A stretch of 52,919 nt of DNA. Origin: a virus. Taxonomy: Duplodnaviria > Caudoviricetes. The stretch is from positions 1 to 52,919 of IMG/VR virus record IMGVR_UViG_3300025018_000187; one strand, written 5' to 3'. Made by a program: the position numbers and the translations under genes. Below are positions 27,701 to 34,787 of this stretch, in pieces (positions within the stretch are counted from its first letter, which is position 1; each line of letters starts with the position of its first letter). The notes under the pieces were generated by a model. The model was given only the letters and a program-made list of their open reading frames with translations, had not been told where the DNA came from and did no database searches.

Positions 27701-29026
27701 ACTGGTGGTGGTCACAAAGATTTTGATGTAAGTAGTGATGAAAACTTACCAATTGAGCAAGATTTGACTCGTAGGGATGCTAAAATAAACTCTATGGCAA
27801 TCAATATAAACACAGGTAGTTTCATAGACCCATTAAATGGTCTTGAAGATATTAAGAATAAAGTCATGTCTATGACTAATTCACAAGCGTTTATTGACGA
27901 CCCATTACGTATGATGCGTATGATTCAGTTCGCAGCTAGATTTTCCTATGACATTGAACCAGAAACTATGAAGTTGATTCAAGCCAATGCTGGTAATATC
28001 AGCAAAATGGCGAAGGAGAGAAGTTTGGGTGAAATTATGAAAATTATTGATAAGAATGGTGATAAAAGAAAAGGTGCTCAACTATTAAAGGATAGTAAAA
28101 TATTTAAAGAATTATTTGGTTTCGAACCAAAACAATCTACTTTTGATAGAAATCCTTTTGAAGCAGTTAAAACACTTGGAGAATACTTTTACTTATTAAC
28201 AAGTAATGCTCAAAGCCCTTCTGGGTTATTTATAAACACGTTTATGACTGAAAAATCAACAGGAAGTCCAGTTTATCGTGAAATATTAGCTTTGGAAACA
28301 GCATTTAAAAACGTTAGTAATAATAAACCCAAGAATAGATTGGTGGTGAATTTAATGGCAAAAACTGCTCCGCAAACTTTAGACAGTAAGATATTACCAC
28401 AGGAATTGCAAGTAGCGGTTAAAGAATTGAAGTCACCTAAGTACCCATTGAATGTTGGTGAGTTAGAGATTAATGGTAATGATTTAATTGCAATGAATAT
28501 ACCACCAAAAAATAGGGGTGTTATACTAAATGAAATAATAAGAAACATATATAATGATAGATTAAATAATAATAGAGAAGAACTTTTAAACTTTGTTAAG
28601 CAAAATAGTTCTTCTCTTAATGAATCTGAAATGAAAAATAAAAAAAGAAACATTACATATAGTGCAGTGGTTTTGGATGAAAGTTCTAGGTCAATGTTGC
28701 TTGCGAATCTTGCTGGTAATATTCCTAATGGTTGGGAAAAAATAGCACATCATATGACTATTAATATGGGAAAAATAAAACCTGAATGGGAAAAATATTT
28801 AGGTGAAAAAGTATTATTAAAAGTAAGAACAGTAGGATATAATGATAAAACAATGGCAGTTGGTGTAGAAACTGTTGTTCCTAGTGTTACTGAAATACCA
28901 CACATTACTATTGCTATTAATAGAAAAAATGGTGGTAAACCCTATGATTCTAATAAAATAACAAATTGGAAATCAATTGCTTTTGGTTTAGAATTAACTG
29001 GTGAGGTGGTTGAAGTACCTTGGTAA
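21773..29026 (+). CDS. 2417-aa polyvalent multi-enzyme protein (kinase, GNAT, 2x SAM-lyase-like, ART, duplicated unknown domain, zincin, Acb1-like 2H, CCA-adding enzyme, 2H CPDase)
   Basis: One continuous ORF; catalytic motifs of about nine enzyme domains recognised (see sub-features). Confidence 0.9.
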   Translation: MDLQESSTSRELDLNENTINNVINREIWTMNENAGQFNIKEFENLNSFAARKKYADQTLQKIASGSGRHVYGIDSTKVLKLAANPKGIAQNEVERNMGMNDYYAKDSVAEVFDADKNNLWLVSERAKKITPNRFFQLTGVKIQELAQWLGHMYRSNKPRRFGGYIPANVSPERDAELWENEFAVSIMDLMNTYDLPDGDLGRISSYGEVIRDGQPEVVMTDYGLTHNVWAANYEKPSRWNEGEVNELRDTNMEDELTNFVVGRELYDGGYGGFAIMLQSVGDGLVYEAKIESDIGWFDYDERLAPDQNDLFVSHLEVFDKGQGHFKELMSDIEEFARTHGKKTIVLEPDITQGKEYTKFLNKLYSDYGFVPYENDPSLLIKTLDEGLADSLVGTNKMDLPIGKAFTFGENLNEYTEDYTNIPEKVLNSAISYIENFDNLRGDLNSHISDLYRNYLINVQNYQKGLETANDDVKYYNNLMKLQDFLKRFGLVSEDLEYNFVSDASPESDKYVMEDGTSLYMTQNGSDDELVDEDQTLINKNELDGLMNIISSVFGIISPHSLSNNKKNNKNSKILGDFFNKGDFEYVIGIGEWDGNTSTQEQSYIVKKPDRLDNGQFIRLMKKISDKFEQEAFIVGENKNAFLISKDGSIEELGSIEFNDNEYVGFDFVGTNKEEIDEAGINRLTNHMKGDFAIMSANRNENTLAQNKIANDTLSRELQAKKAGFTPLIGHWEELSTGQQGTVPVREQSFFIPRPEFMTSETFKNWIIDLGKKNKQDAVLIGINGEAALYYMNGNIEKKGKPTFTNIGKAYSQIRRKPDATFVFEERIKSWMPKMTEPVIKKSCMLGGKADGTSEPCSQGDTGAVSYKKLQDGHSHKPNTVNVAEGYISDMTLKIAAEKNMPVVERDGKKFVSVWHGTTPANYKKILKSNKFLAGSYFSTDEKTATTYGNMLMGRGKPVIMNVYIDADKLYWDGNYFSTNQEIEYVNGLYEQENLNEIGEANIEPYRLTVDLVTKEGVEFSFTTNDGGEYVIQTAFNVLPKRYFLNNETLSEPDKSFFYSEMPLNMLVMSVSYTLREYHEKMRDGTPATHKDNVKNRFSKNIPDNYPTLNTGEPLKILSTVALATKAAYKKAAELYGTVNMVSYIPKKDNAEDQRRANINQMFIEKGLQKNGIPVKRTIKDGGIIYYVISDGEINKGVEEGVGDKFLQNRGIMPDEEDEFNKEYYAAQENIITNLKTYPEQKDNFLIKNPKNIYNLQCDVRGVIDSKGNLYVASRSDQKWFTHINLVDALIDEKLLVQQYQWWLKLPENFVTVQRNGCTNEFMVGESNEWYSMSPEKIENRKYFDRFLDLAKKINPKLEFPHKKITELSEMGVEEGVGDKFLQNRGVMPDEEQEFNKQYDILNQENVVADITRYDNIPNYIIKNPKNLKGFKCDVRGIIDNKGNLYVQTNSEDDLLHDNMIEELNHLGVLKSVDEWWKKPPVEFITVHREGCTNQFMVGESQFLYGHDADTSILDKFGLSQEESNLIFHTFLDRAKMINPKLSFPYKKISDYNRKIVSPSMNEEMSSNKESVIQHFINWATKRIGLEVAPEIVFVDGDEYSKEKASLGTFYGDLDKIEVSVHQRLTADILRTLAHELVHKKQQLDNRDMDNSVGSEVENEANAIAAILMKDYAKINKEIFSESINVKNIITEAIKGILKEEKINYGWLMAYFDIPKWDSIIGKIKDEDLYDDGSGTFGKEDEPHITILYGFHKEITADSFKDVIENIKEPIEVELEGISMFENPNFDVVKIDVRPTAEVLKLRKQVETFPATLTYKDYHPHMTIAYVKKGEGKKYVHKFKKPIVVKSDLLVFSDKNKNQTQFPVRQKLLDEGEMNINENPKITQFIEEMRNKPFMKAIMSQGGEVYAVGGIVRDILLGKPNKDIDLVVRLIPFEKLLNILRNFGRANLEGESFSVIKFINKQDGLDYDIGLPRTEQATGGGHKDFDVSSDENLPIEQDLTRRDAKINSMAININTGSFIDPLNGLEDIKNKVMSMTNSQAFIDDPLRMMRMIQFAARFSYDIEPETMKLIQANAGNISKMAKERSLGEIMKIIDKNGDKRKGAQLLKDSKIFKELFGFEPKQSTFDRNPFEAVKTLGEYFYLLTSNAQSPSGLFINTFMTEKSTGSPVYREILALETAFKNVSNNKPKNRLVVNLMAKTAPQTLDSKILPQELQVAVKELKSPKYPLNVGELEINGNDLIAMNIPPKNRGVILNEIIRNIYNDRLNNNREELLNFVKQNSSSLNESEMKNKKRNITYSAVVLDESSRSMLLANLAGNIPNGWEKIAHHMTINMGKIKPEWEKYLGEKVLLKVRTVGYNDKTMAVGVETVVPSVTEIPHITIAINRKNGGKPYDSNKITNWKSIAFGLELTGEVVEVPW
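21869..22495 (+). other. Domain: protein-kinase-like
   Basis: Gly loop ASGSGRHVY; VLK Lys; NEVE helix-C Glu; DGDLG..S catalytic loop; DYG as DFG equivalent at 22433. Confidence 0.75.
22634..22927 (+). other. Domain: GNAT acetyltransferase
   Basis: LFVSHLEV..KGQG (motif A), then L...LY..YGF (motif B). Confidence 0.75.
23369..24247 (+). other. Domains: two tandem SAM-lyase-like (T3 SAMase/DUF3293-like) units, 23369-23803 and 23804-24247
   Basis: FAIMSANR...N...L...G.WEE...EQSFFI...LG...QDAVL parallels T3 SAMase VSAFR..N..G.Y.E..EE..EQDCVL. First copy: FGIISPH...GEW...EQSYIV...FEQEAFI. Confidence 0.65.
24425..24760 (+). other. Domain: ADP-ribosyltransferase (H-Y class)
   Basis: VWHGT (His at 24515), GSYFST, A..Y pattern. 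Confidence 0.7.
25358..26416 (+). repeat. Tandemly duplicated ~175-aa domain of unknown function (copies start at 25358 and 25883)
   Basis: Both copies have GVEEGVGDKFLQNRG.MPDEE.EFNK.Y, IKNPKN, CDVRG.ID.KGNLYV, H, WW, F.TV.R.GCTN.FMVGES and FLD.AK.INPKL.FP.KKI. Confidence 0.92.
26462..26815 (+). other. Domain: zincin metallopeptidase
   Basis: LRTLAHELVH (HExxH at 26672-26686) with downstream ENEA third ligand. Confidence 0.85.
26873..27382 (+). other. Domain: 2H phosphoesterase resembling T4 Acb1 (gp57B)
   Basis: EPHITILYG and YHPHMTIAY HxT motifs with Acb1-like context. Confidence 0.8.
27404..28624 (+). other. Domain: class II tRNA nucleotidyltransferase (CCA-adding/poly(A) polymerase family)
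   Basis: YAVGGIVRDILLG..KDIDL; DLTRRDAKINSMA; DPLNG..D; DDPLRMMR..FAARF; ER; C-terminal LEINGNDL...G.IL. Confidence 0.9.
28625..29026 (+). other. Domain: second 2H phosphoesterase (tRNA-ligase CPDase-like)
   Basis: HHMTI and PHITI motifs; GGKPYDSN.I..W ending. Confidence 0.75.
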
Positions 29027-29045
29027 AATAATAAATTTAATTTTG

Positions 29046-29900
29046 ATGATGATAACAAGAATAGCATTTTACGATTTTGATGGTACATTGGTTGATTCAC
29101 CGATGCCAGATACTGGTAGAGAAATATGGAAACAGAAAACTGGTAAGGCATACTCACATGAAGGATGGTGGGGCATACCTGAGAGTTTAAATTTAGATGT
29201 ATTTGACATAAAAGTATTTCCCGATACTGTAAGGAGATTAAATGCGGATATGGCAAGGCCAGATACGTATGTGGTAATTCTTACTGCTAGAGTTACTAAA
29301 ATCATACCAGCTATCGAGAAGATATTACAAAAATATAATATAAAAGTAGATGAAATCTCGGCCAATAGTGGTGCTGATAAAGATAAGGATTTAAGAATTA
29401 AACGTTTCTTACAAAAATTTCCTAATGTAAAGGAAGTTGATGTTTATGATGATAGAGAGAAAGAATTTAAAATTTTACTCCCATTAAGGGATGAACTAGC
29501 TGACGTAGTTCGAATTAATGTTTATGCTGTTGATAATGGTTCAATACGATTATTGGAAACAGTCAACAGCATTAAAACATTGATATATGAAGAAATTTAT
29601 AAAATAATTACAGAGGGTAAATCACCAACAGAATCTTTAAAAGCATCCAAGAATATTCCTAAAGAAATGAAGGAGAAAATACTACAATACGGTATTGGTG
29701 AATATAAGGAAGGTGGTTTTGTTAAGGGGATATCAATACCAGAAGAATTAAAAAATAAATCACCTAAAACAGATGGTATAAGTTTGGGTGCAGATAAGAA
29801 TGGTTTTTATGTTTATACACATAGAGCCAGAAGTAAATCATATGATACACCTGAAAAAATACCTGTAAAAGATATTGAATTCATAGAGAGCACAGGATAA
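29046..29900 (+). CDS. HAD-family phosphatase (RNA-repair/PNKP-like) plus C-terminal unknown domain
   Basis: FYDFDGTL (I), LTAR (II), K (III), YDDR (IV). ATG 29046/29049 preferred over the overlapping GTG at 29001. Confidence 0.85.
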   Translation: MMITRIAFYDFDGTLVDSPMPDTGREIWKQKTGKAYSHEGWWGIPESLNLDVFDIKVFPDTVRRLNADMARPDTYVVILTARVTKIIPAIEKILQKYNIKVDEISANSGADKDKDLRIKRFLQKFPNVKEVDVYDDREKEFKILLPLRDELADVVRINVYAVDNGSIRLLETVNSIKTLIYEEIYKIITEGKSPTESLKASKNIPKEMKEKILQYGIGEYKEGGFVKGISIPEELKNKSPKTDGISLGADKNGFYVYTHRARSKSYDTPEKIPVKDIEFIESTG

Positions 29901-29916
29901 AATTCACAATCCAGAG

Positions 29917-29924
29917 TATTTATA
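29917..29924 (+). promoter_or_regulatory. (G)TATTTATA putative phage promoter
   Basis: AGAGTATTTATA ending 19 nt before ATG 29944. Confidence 0.6.
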
Positions 29925-29943
29925 AAAAAATACGATATTTATT

Positions 29944-30798
29944 ATGATAGATTTACGTTACAAACCAAAATGGCTTCCTCAGATTTCTGCACCCTTCACA
30001 TACGTTTTAAATAAACTAAATGATGATGGTATTGGTTATCGTAAAATAAAATTACCTGCAAGTGAATTTAAACCACTCCAAGGACTTGTTTCTTTGGAAA
30101 AGATTTCCGATATTGCAGACGATAATATTCAACCATCGTGGTGTGCTAATGATAATTCAGTTTTAGATGGACACCACAGGTTAGGTAAAGCAATAGCAAA
30201 GCAAAAACCATTTACCGCATTTCAAGTAAATTTGAATGTAAAAGATGCTGCAAGGGTTTTAAATAAAATACAAGATATTTGGGAATATGAGAACCAAACA
30301 GGAATTGAAGAAGTTGTGGCACAAGACCAAATAAATGCAATGAACGAACCCGATTCAGGCGTTAGCACTTCTGAATTTTTAGCTGCATTAGAAAGCGAAA
30401 TGATGGGTGACGATGATGATAGAGGGTATTTGCACGATGATAGTGTTATAAACACAAAAAAAAGAAAAATAAAAGCATATAGAAAAAAACCTATAACTGA
30501 AAAATCTAAAGTAGGTAATTTCTTTGCTTTAAAACCAGATAATGGTTATAAAGCATATGATATTGAGTTTGATAATTTATTGGATACGGATGATATGAAA
30601 ATTTCTTTTCATAGAGAACCTAATCCAGTTGCAGTGTTGGCAAGATATTGGTTTCCAAATGTTGATTTTAAGAAGGTTGGTGAAAAATATGGTGTAGCAC
30701 CTGAAAGTATTATGAACAGAGCGATAAGTGAAAAAGCACGTCAAATGGGTTACGATGGAATTAAATATAGTGATATCATGGTGCAAGGATTAGATTAA
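29944..30798 (+). CDS. ParB/Srx-like domain fused to a degenerate ART-like domain
   Basis: FKPLQ...P....DNSVLDGHHRL; C-terminal AYR...GNFFA...DNLLD...GYDGIKY. Confidence 0.6.
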   Translation: MIDLRYKPKWLPQISAPFTYVLNKLNDDGIGYRKIKLPASEFKPLQGLVSLEKISDIADDNIQPSWCANDNSVLDGHHRLGKAIAKQKPFTAFQVNLNVKDAARVLNKIQDIWEYENQTGIEEVVAQDQINAMNEPDSGVSTSEFLAALESEMMGDDDDRGYLHDDSVINTKKRKIKAYRKKPITEKSKVGNFFALKPDNGYKAYDIEFDNLLDTDDMKISFHREPNPVAVLARYWFPNVDFKKVGEKYGVAPESIMNRAISEKARQMGYDGIKYSDIMVQGLD

Positions 30799-30814
30799 AT
30801 TTAAATTTACATAT

Positions 30815-31198
30815 ATGGGATATTTTAAAATAAAAAACATTACCAATTCATTACCGAAAAGACACGTAAAAAAAGATTCGATGGTTGAAATCGAATATTC
30901 TGGTGGTTTTATAAAAAAATCATTTAAATTAAATTCAGGTGCAGAAGCATACATTGAGGCAGGTAATTTACCAATAAGTATTCACAAATTAAGAATGAAA
31001 GGTATGATTTCTATCGTTGAAGTTTCCAAAAATGATTTCTATAAAAAACAAAAACCAGAACCACCAAAGGTAACAGCACCAAAAAAAGGGGAAATTATAG
31101 ATGGTGCAGTTGAAAAAGATACTTCAATAAAGAAAATAAATAGAAAGAAAAGGGATATAAATCCAACAGTAATTTCTACACCAGAAACAGAACAATAA
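30815..31198 (+). CDS. Hypothetical basic protein
   Basis: 127-aa ORF; no motif recognised. Confidence 0.7.
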   Translation: MGYFKIKNITNSLPKRHVKKDSMVEIEYSGGFIKKSFKLNSGAEAYIEAGNLPISIHKLRMKGMISIVEVSKNDFYKKQKPEPPKVTAPKKGEIIDGAVEKDTSIKKINRKKRDINPTVISTPETEQ

Positions 31199-31222
31199 AA
31201 TTTTATAATAATTTTTAGTGTT

Positions 31223-31255
31223 AGCCAAAACTTTTGGTTTTTTTTAGTATTTATA
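31223..31255 (+). promoter_or_regulatory. Short terminator-like hairpin followed by (G)TATTTATA motif (31248-31255)
   Basis: AGCCAAAA/TTTTGGTT plus T run, then AGTATTTATA upstream of ATG 31293. Confidence 0.55.
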
Positions 31256-31292
31256 ATAAATTATAAAAAATTATAATAAACACAACATATAC

Positions 31293-32252
31293 ATGGAAGA
31301 CAAGATTACTTTAATGATTAATGACTATATTGAACATGGTAAAATTTCTTTACTTAAAAAAAAATATAATTCTTCAAGAAATACTATTCGTAAATTGTTA
31401 GATGAATATGGTATTTCTATTCCCAAAAGAAATAATTATTTTTCTAATAAATTATTAAACGAAGAAATTATTAGAAATTATGGTGTTGATAGAAATTTAA
31501 TTAATTTATCTAAAAAATATAATATTCCTGTATATTCACTAAGAAATTTTTTAAAAAAAAGGAATCTTTTTAAAAAACACCATAAGGATTTTCAAACAAG
31601 AAGAAAATTTATGCTTAATGAAAATTTTTTTGATATTATTGATTGTGAAGAAAAAGCATATTTTTTAGGATTTTTATATGCTGACGGAACAAATTCAACA
31701 AAAAAGACTGAAATATCATTAAGGTTAAATGGTGATGAAGATTCTTATATATTATATGAATTAAAAGATTTGTTAAAAACAAATAAACCTATATCAACAT
31801 ACCAAGGAAAGGGTGGTAGAAAATTAACCTATAGAATGACAATTAATTCAAAATATATGTCATATAGGTTAAATGATATTGGTGTTATTCCAAATAAAAC
31901 GTTTAAGTTAAAGTTTCCAAATTGGTTAAATGAAAATTTATATTCTCATTTTATAAGAGGATATTTTGATGGAGATGGTGGAGTACAATATTATTATAAA
32001 AATGGATTATCTGTTGATTTTACTGGTACAGAAAATATGATACTATCAATTCAAGATATTTTAATTGAAAATTGTAAGTTAAATAAAACAAAATTAAGAA
32101 TTAGACATCCTGAAAGAAACAATAATATAAGAAGTTTAAATTATTGTGGAAATGGTAATACAAAGAAAATATATGACTATATTTATAATGATGCCTCATT
32201 ATACTTAAAAAGAAAGAAAAATAAATTTGAGAAATATTTAAATAAAAATTAA
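31293..32252 (+). CDS. Free-standing LAGLIDADG homing endonuclease with N-terminal HTH-like repeats
   Basis: KAYFLGFLYADG and HFIRGYFDGDG; L.RK..KF ending; its stop abuts the next ATG. Confidence 0.88.
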   Translation: MEDKITLMINDYIEHGKISLLKKKYNSSRNTIRKLLDEYGISIPKRNNYFSNKLLNEEIIRNYGVDRNLINLSKKYNIPVYSLRNFLKKRNLFKKHHKDFQTRRKFMLNENFFDIIDCEEKAYFLGFLYADGTNSTKKTEISLRLNGDEDSYILYELKDLLKTNKPISTYQGKGGRKLTYRMTINSKYMSYRLNDIGVIPNKTFKLKFPNWLNENLYSHFIRGYFDGDGGVQYYYKNGLSVDFTGTENMILSIQDILIENCKLNKTKLRIRHPERNNNIRSLNYCGNGNTKKIYDYIYNDASLYLKRKKNKFEKYLNKN

Positions 32253-34787
32253 ATGAACAATAACGATAAAATTAAAATATTATTTGTAAATTTTGATACG
32301 GCAGGTGTAAACTATTTTCGTACACAAACCCCAGCTACTCAATTAGAACGTGACCATTCGGATAAATTTAGAGTTGAATTTAATTCAGAATTGGATTTTA
32401 ATAATCCTAAAACTATTGATTATTTGAAATCGTTTCATATTATTCACTATCACAGACAATTAGTGGGTGGTACTCCTAATATGCTAAGATTAGCAAATGA
32501 ACTTAAAGAAGCTAATGTTACGCTTGTAATGGATATTGATGATTATTGGTACTTAGATAAGTCTCACCCTTATTATTCTATTTCACAAGAAAGAAGATTA
32601 TGGGAAGAGATTTTAGATAACCTAAAAATTGCTGATTATGTAACAACTACATCTGACTATTTTGCGGAAGAAATAAGAAAAGTAACTGGTAAAGATAATG
32701 TGGTTGTATTGCCTAACTCTGTTGACCCAACATGGATGAAACAATTTAAAAATAATTGGAAACCAGACCCTGACGGATTAGTTCGTATTACATATATGGC
32801 TGGGTCCAGCCATAAAGGTGATGTTGAACAATTAAAAGGCGCAATTGCCAGATTAAATAATGATAAACAAACCAAAGGTAAATTTAAGATACAATTAGCT
32901 GGTTGGGATACAGAAGGTAATACCACAGACATTACATTCAATCAAGAATTTAGAAAGGTTCTTCAAAGAATTGGTATTTGGGATAAAGATATGGTTAATG
33001 CTGTGAATAAATCAAGAGGTAATGTAGATGTATTGACAAGAGTACCTAATGATGTTAAAGAAGCGTTTAGAAATAAAGTATTCACTACTAAAGAAAGACC
33101 TATTGATTCTGAACAATCAATATATTTAGTTTATGAAAATATCCTTACTGATAATCATAGTATTATTGAAGATGATGAATATATAAAATGGTTGAATAAC
33201 TACGAACGTAATACGTATCCGAATGAGGGTAATTTTGCACGTAGATGGACTCGCAAAGCAAATATATATGCAGAAGTATTAAATGAAACTGACATTGCAA
33301 TAGCACCATTAGCAGACCATGAGTTTAATCATATGAAGTGTGTTGTTGGTGATACATTAATAAACACAAATAAAGGTATTATTAAAATAAAAGATTTGGT
33401 TGAAAATAAATATGATGACCTGAAAATATTAAATAATGATGTTATATCATATTTTAAATATGATAATGAAAAAACGTTAAAATTAAAAACAAATATTGGT
33501 GTTGAGTTAGAAGGTACACCAACACATAGAATTTTTGTTGATGATAAATGGAAACCAATGTCTGAATTTGGTGTTGGAGATAAAATAGAATTAACATCTT
33601 TTGATTTCGAATCAACTGAATATCAAAAAATTCATTACCCTATGTTGTTAAGTAAAAGGGTTGATGACATTACACTTGAATGTGCAACAAAAGAAATGAT
33701 GCCATCAATAACCATCAATGAAGACTATGGTAGATTTTTTGGATATATGATTGGTGATGGTCATTTTTCAACAAATTATTTAAGAATTTCATGTGATAAA
33801 AGATATGATGATGTAGTGAAAGATATAGTTAAATTATCCAATAAAATGGGGTTACATCCAAAATTAATTTATGACAAAATTGATAAAAGATGTAAAACTA
33901 CAATTAGTAAAGAAGGATATGGTGTTGATATAAATTTAACATCAAAACATTTGGCAAGTATTTGTATTCAAGAAAACCTAAAAAATGAAAATGGTAAAGT
34001 ATTTGAAATTCCCCATTTTATTCTTAAATCACCTAAATCAGTGATAAAAGAATTTTTACGTGGTTTGTTTGAAGCAGATGGTACAGTTTCAACTGATGGT
34101 TCATTTGTTTCATTAACAAGTAAAAGTTTAATATTAATGAAACAAGTACAAACATTATTACTTGGATTTGACATAATAGGTAAGATTGATGTTGCACCCA
34201 ATAAACGCTATAAGAAAAATTATTATAATTTACGTCTTACAAGAGCAGCATCGGATATGTTTTATAAAGAAATTGGTTTTGTCTCAGAAATTAAACAAGA
34301 AAAACTTAAACTACTAACAGAAAAACCACATAGTAATAGGTTTCAAGAACAAAATTTCGAGATTATAGTTACTGATATTATTGAAAATACAAATGATGTA
34401 TATGATGTGGAAGTAGATAATATACATAAATATAATGGTAATGGCATTATAAACCATAACTCTAATTTGAAACAAGTTGAATGCTGGTCACGTAAATTAC
34501 CAGTTGTTTGTACTGATGTGATACCTTATAATGTTGATGGTCGTCATATGGAGAATTGTGTATTGATTCCTACTTCGAATAGTAAAGGTGATAAAAGAAA
34601 GGAAAAGAATTTAGATAAGTATTGGTATAAGTATCTTAAACAACTTATTCTTAATCCTGTTTTACGTAAAGAATTAGGTGAAAATTTACATAGAGATTTT
34701 TCCGAAAAATATAACCTAAAAAATGTTACTAATAAACGTGCAGAATTTTATGAATCTGTAGTTATGGAACAATTGAATATTGTATAA
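32253..34787 (+). CDS. GT-B (GT4-like) glycosyltransferase containing an intein
   Basis: GVNYFR..P; DIDDYW; ADYVTT; LPNSVD; GSSH..D; DIAIAPL...FNHMK|SNLKQVE...PVV.TD..PY. Confidence 0.8.
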   Translation: MNNNDKIKILFVNFDTAGVNYFRTQTPATQLERDHSDKFRVEFNSELDFNNPKTIDYLKSFHIIHYHRQLVGGTPNMLRLANELKEANVTLVMDIDDYWYLDKSHPYYSISQERRLWEEILDNLKIADYVTTTSDYFAEEIRKVTGKDNVVVLPNSVDPTWMKQFKNNWKPDPDGLVRITYMAGSSHKGDVEQLKGAIARLNNDKQTKGKFKIQLAGWDTEGNTTDITFNQEFRKVLQRIGIWDKDMVNAVNKSRGNVDVLTRVPNDVKEAFRNKVFTTKERPIDSEQSIYLVYENILTDNHSIIEDDEYIKWLNNYERNTYPNEGNFARRWTRKANIYAEVLNETDIAIAPLADHEFNHMKCVVGDTLINTNKGIIKIKDLVENKYDDLKILNNDVISYFKYDNEKTLKLKTNIGVELEGTPTHRIFVDDKWKPMSEFGVGDKIELTSFDFESTEYQKIHYPMLLSKRVDDITLECATKEMMPSITINEDYGRFFGYMIGDGHFSTNYLRISCDKRYDDVVKDIVKLSNKMGLHPKLIYDKIDKRCKTTISKEGYGVDINLTSKHLASICIQENLKNENGKVFEIPHFILKSPKSVIKEFLRGLFEADGTVSTDGSFVSLTSKSLILMKQVQTLLLGFDIIGKIDVAPNKRYKKNYYNLRLTRAASDMFYKEIGFVSEIKQEKLKLLTEKPHSNRFQEQNFEIIVTDIIENTNDVYDVEVDNIHKYNGNGIINHNSNLKQVECWSRKLPVVCTDVIPYNVDGRHMENCVLIPTSNSKGDKRKEKNLDKYWYKYLKQLILNPVLRKELGENLHRDFSEKYNLKNVTNKRAEFYESVVMEQLNIV
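33339..34460 (+). mobile_element. Intein with LAGLIDADG endonuclease in glycosyltransferase (374 aa)
   Basis: Starts CVVGDTLINT; block B GTPTHRI; FGYMIGDG and FLRGLFEADG; ends VYDVEV...NHN followed by Ser. Confidence 0.93.

Noticed and set aside
29001-29045. GTG start at 29001 for the HAD gene, or read-through fusion to the polyprotein
   Set aside because: It overlaps the upstream gene in another frame. ATG 29046/29049 has a typical A/T-rich leader and places DxDxT near the N-terminus; no slippery site is evident.
31293-32252. Group I intron housing the LAGLIDADG or Zn-repeat endonucleases
   Set aside because: Flanking genes look complete and the spacers are too short for a ribozyme core, so the endonucleases appear free-standing.
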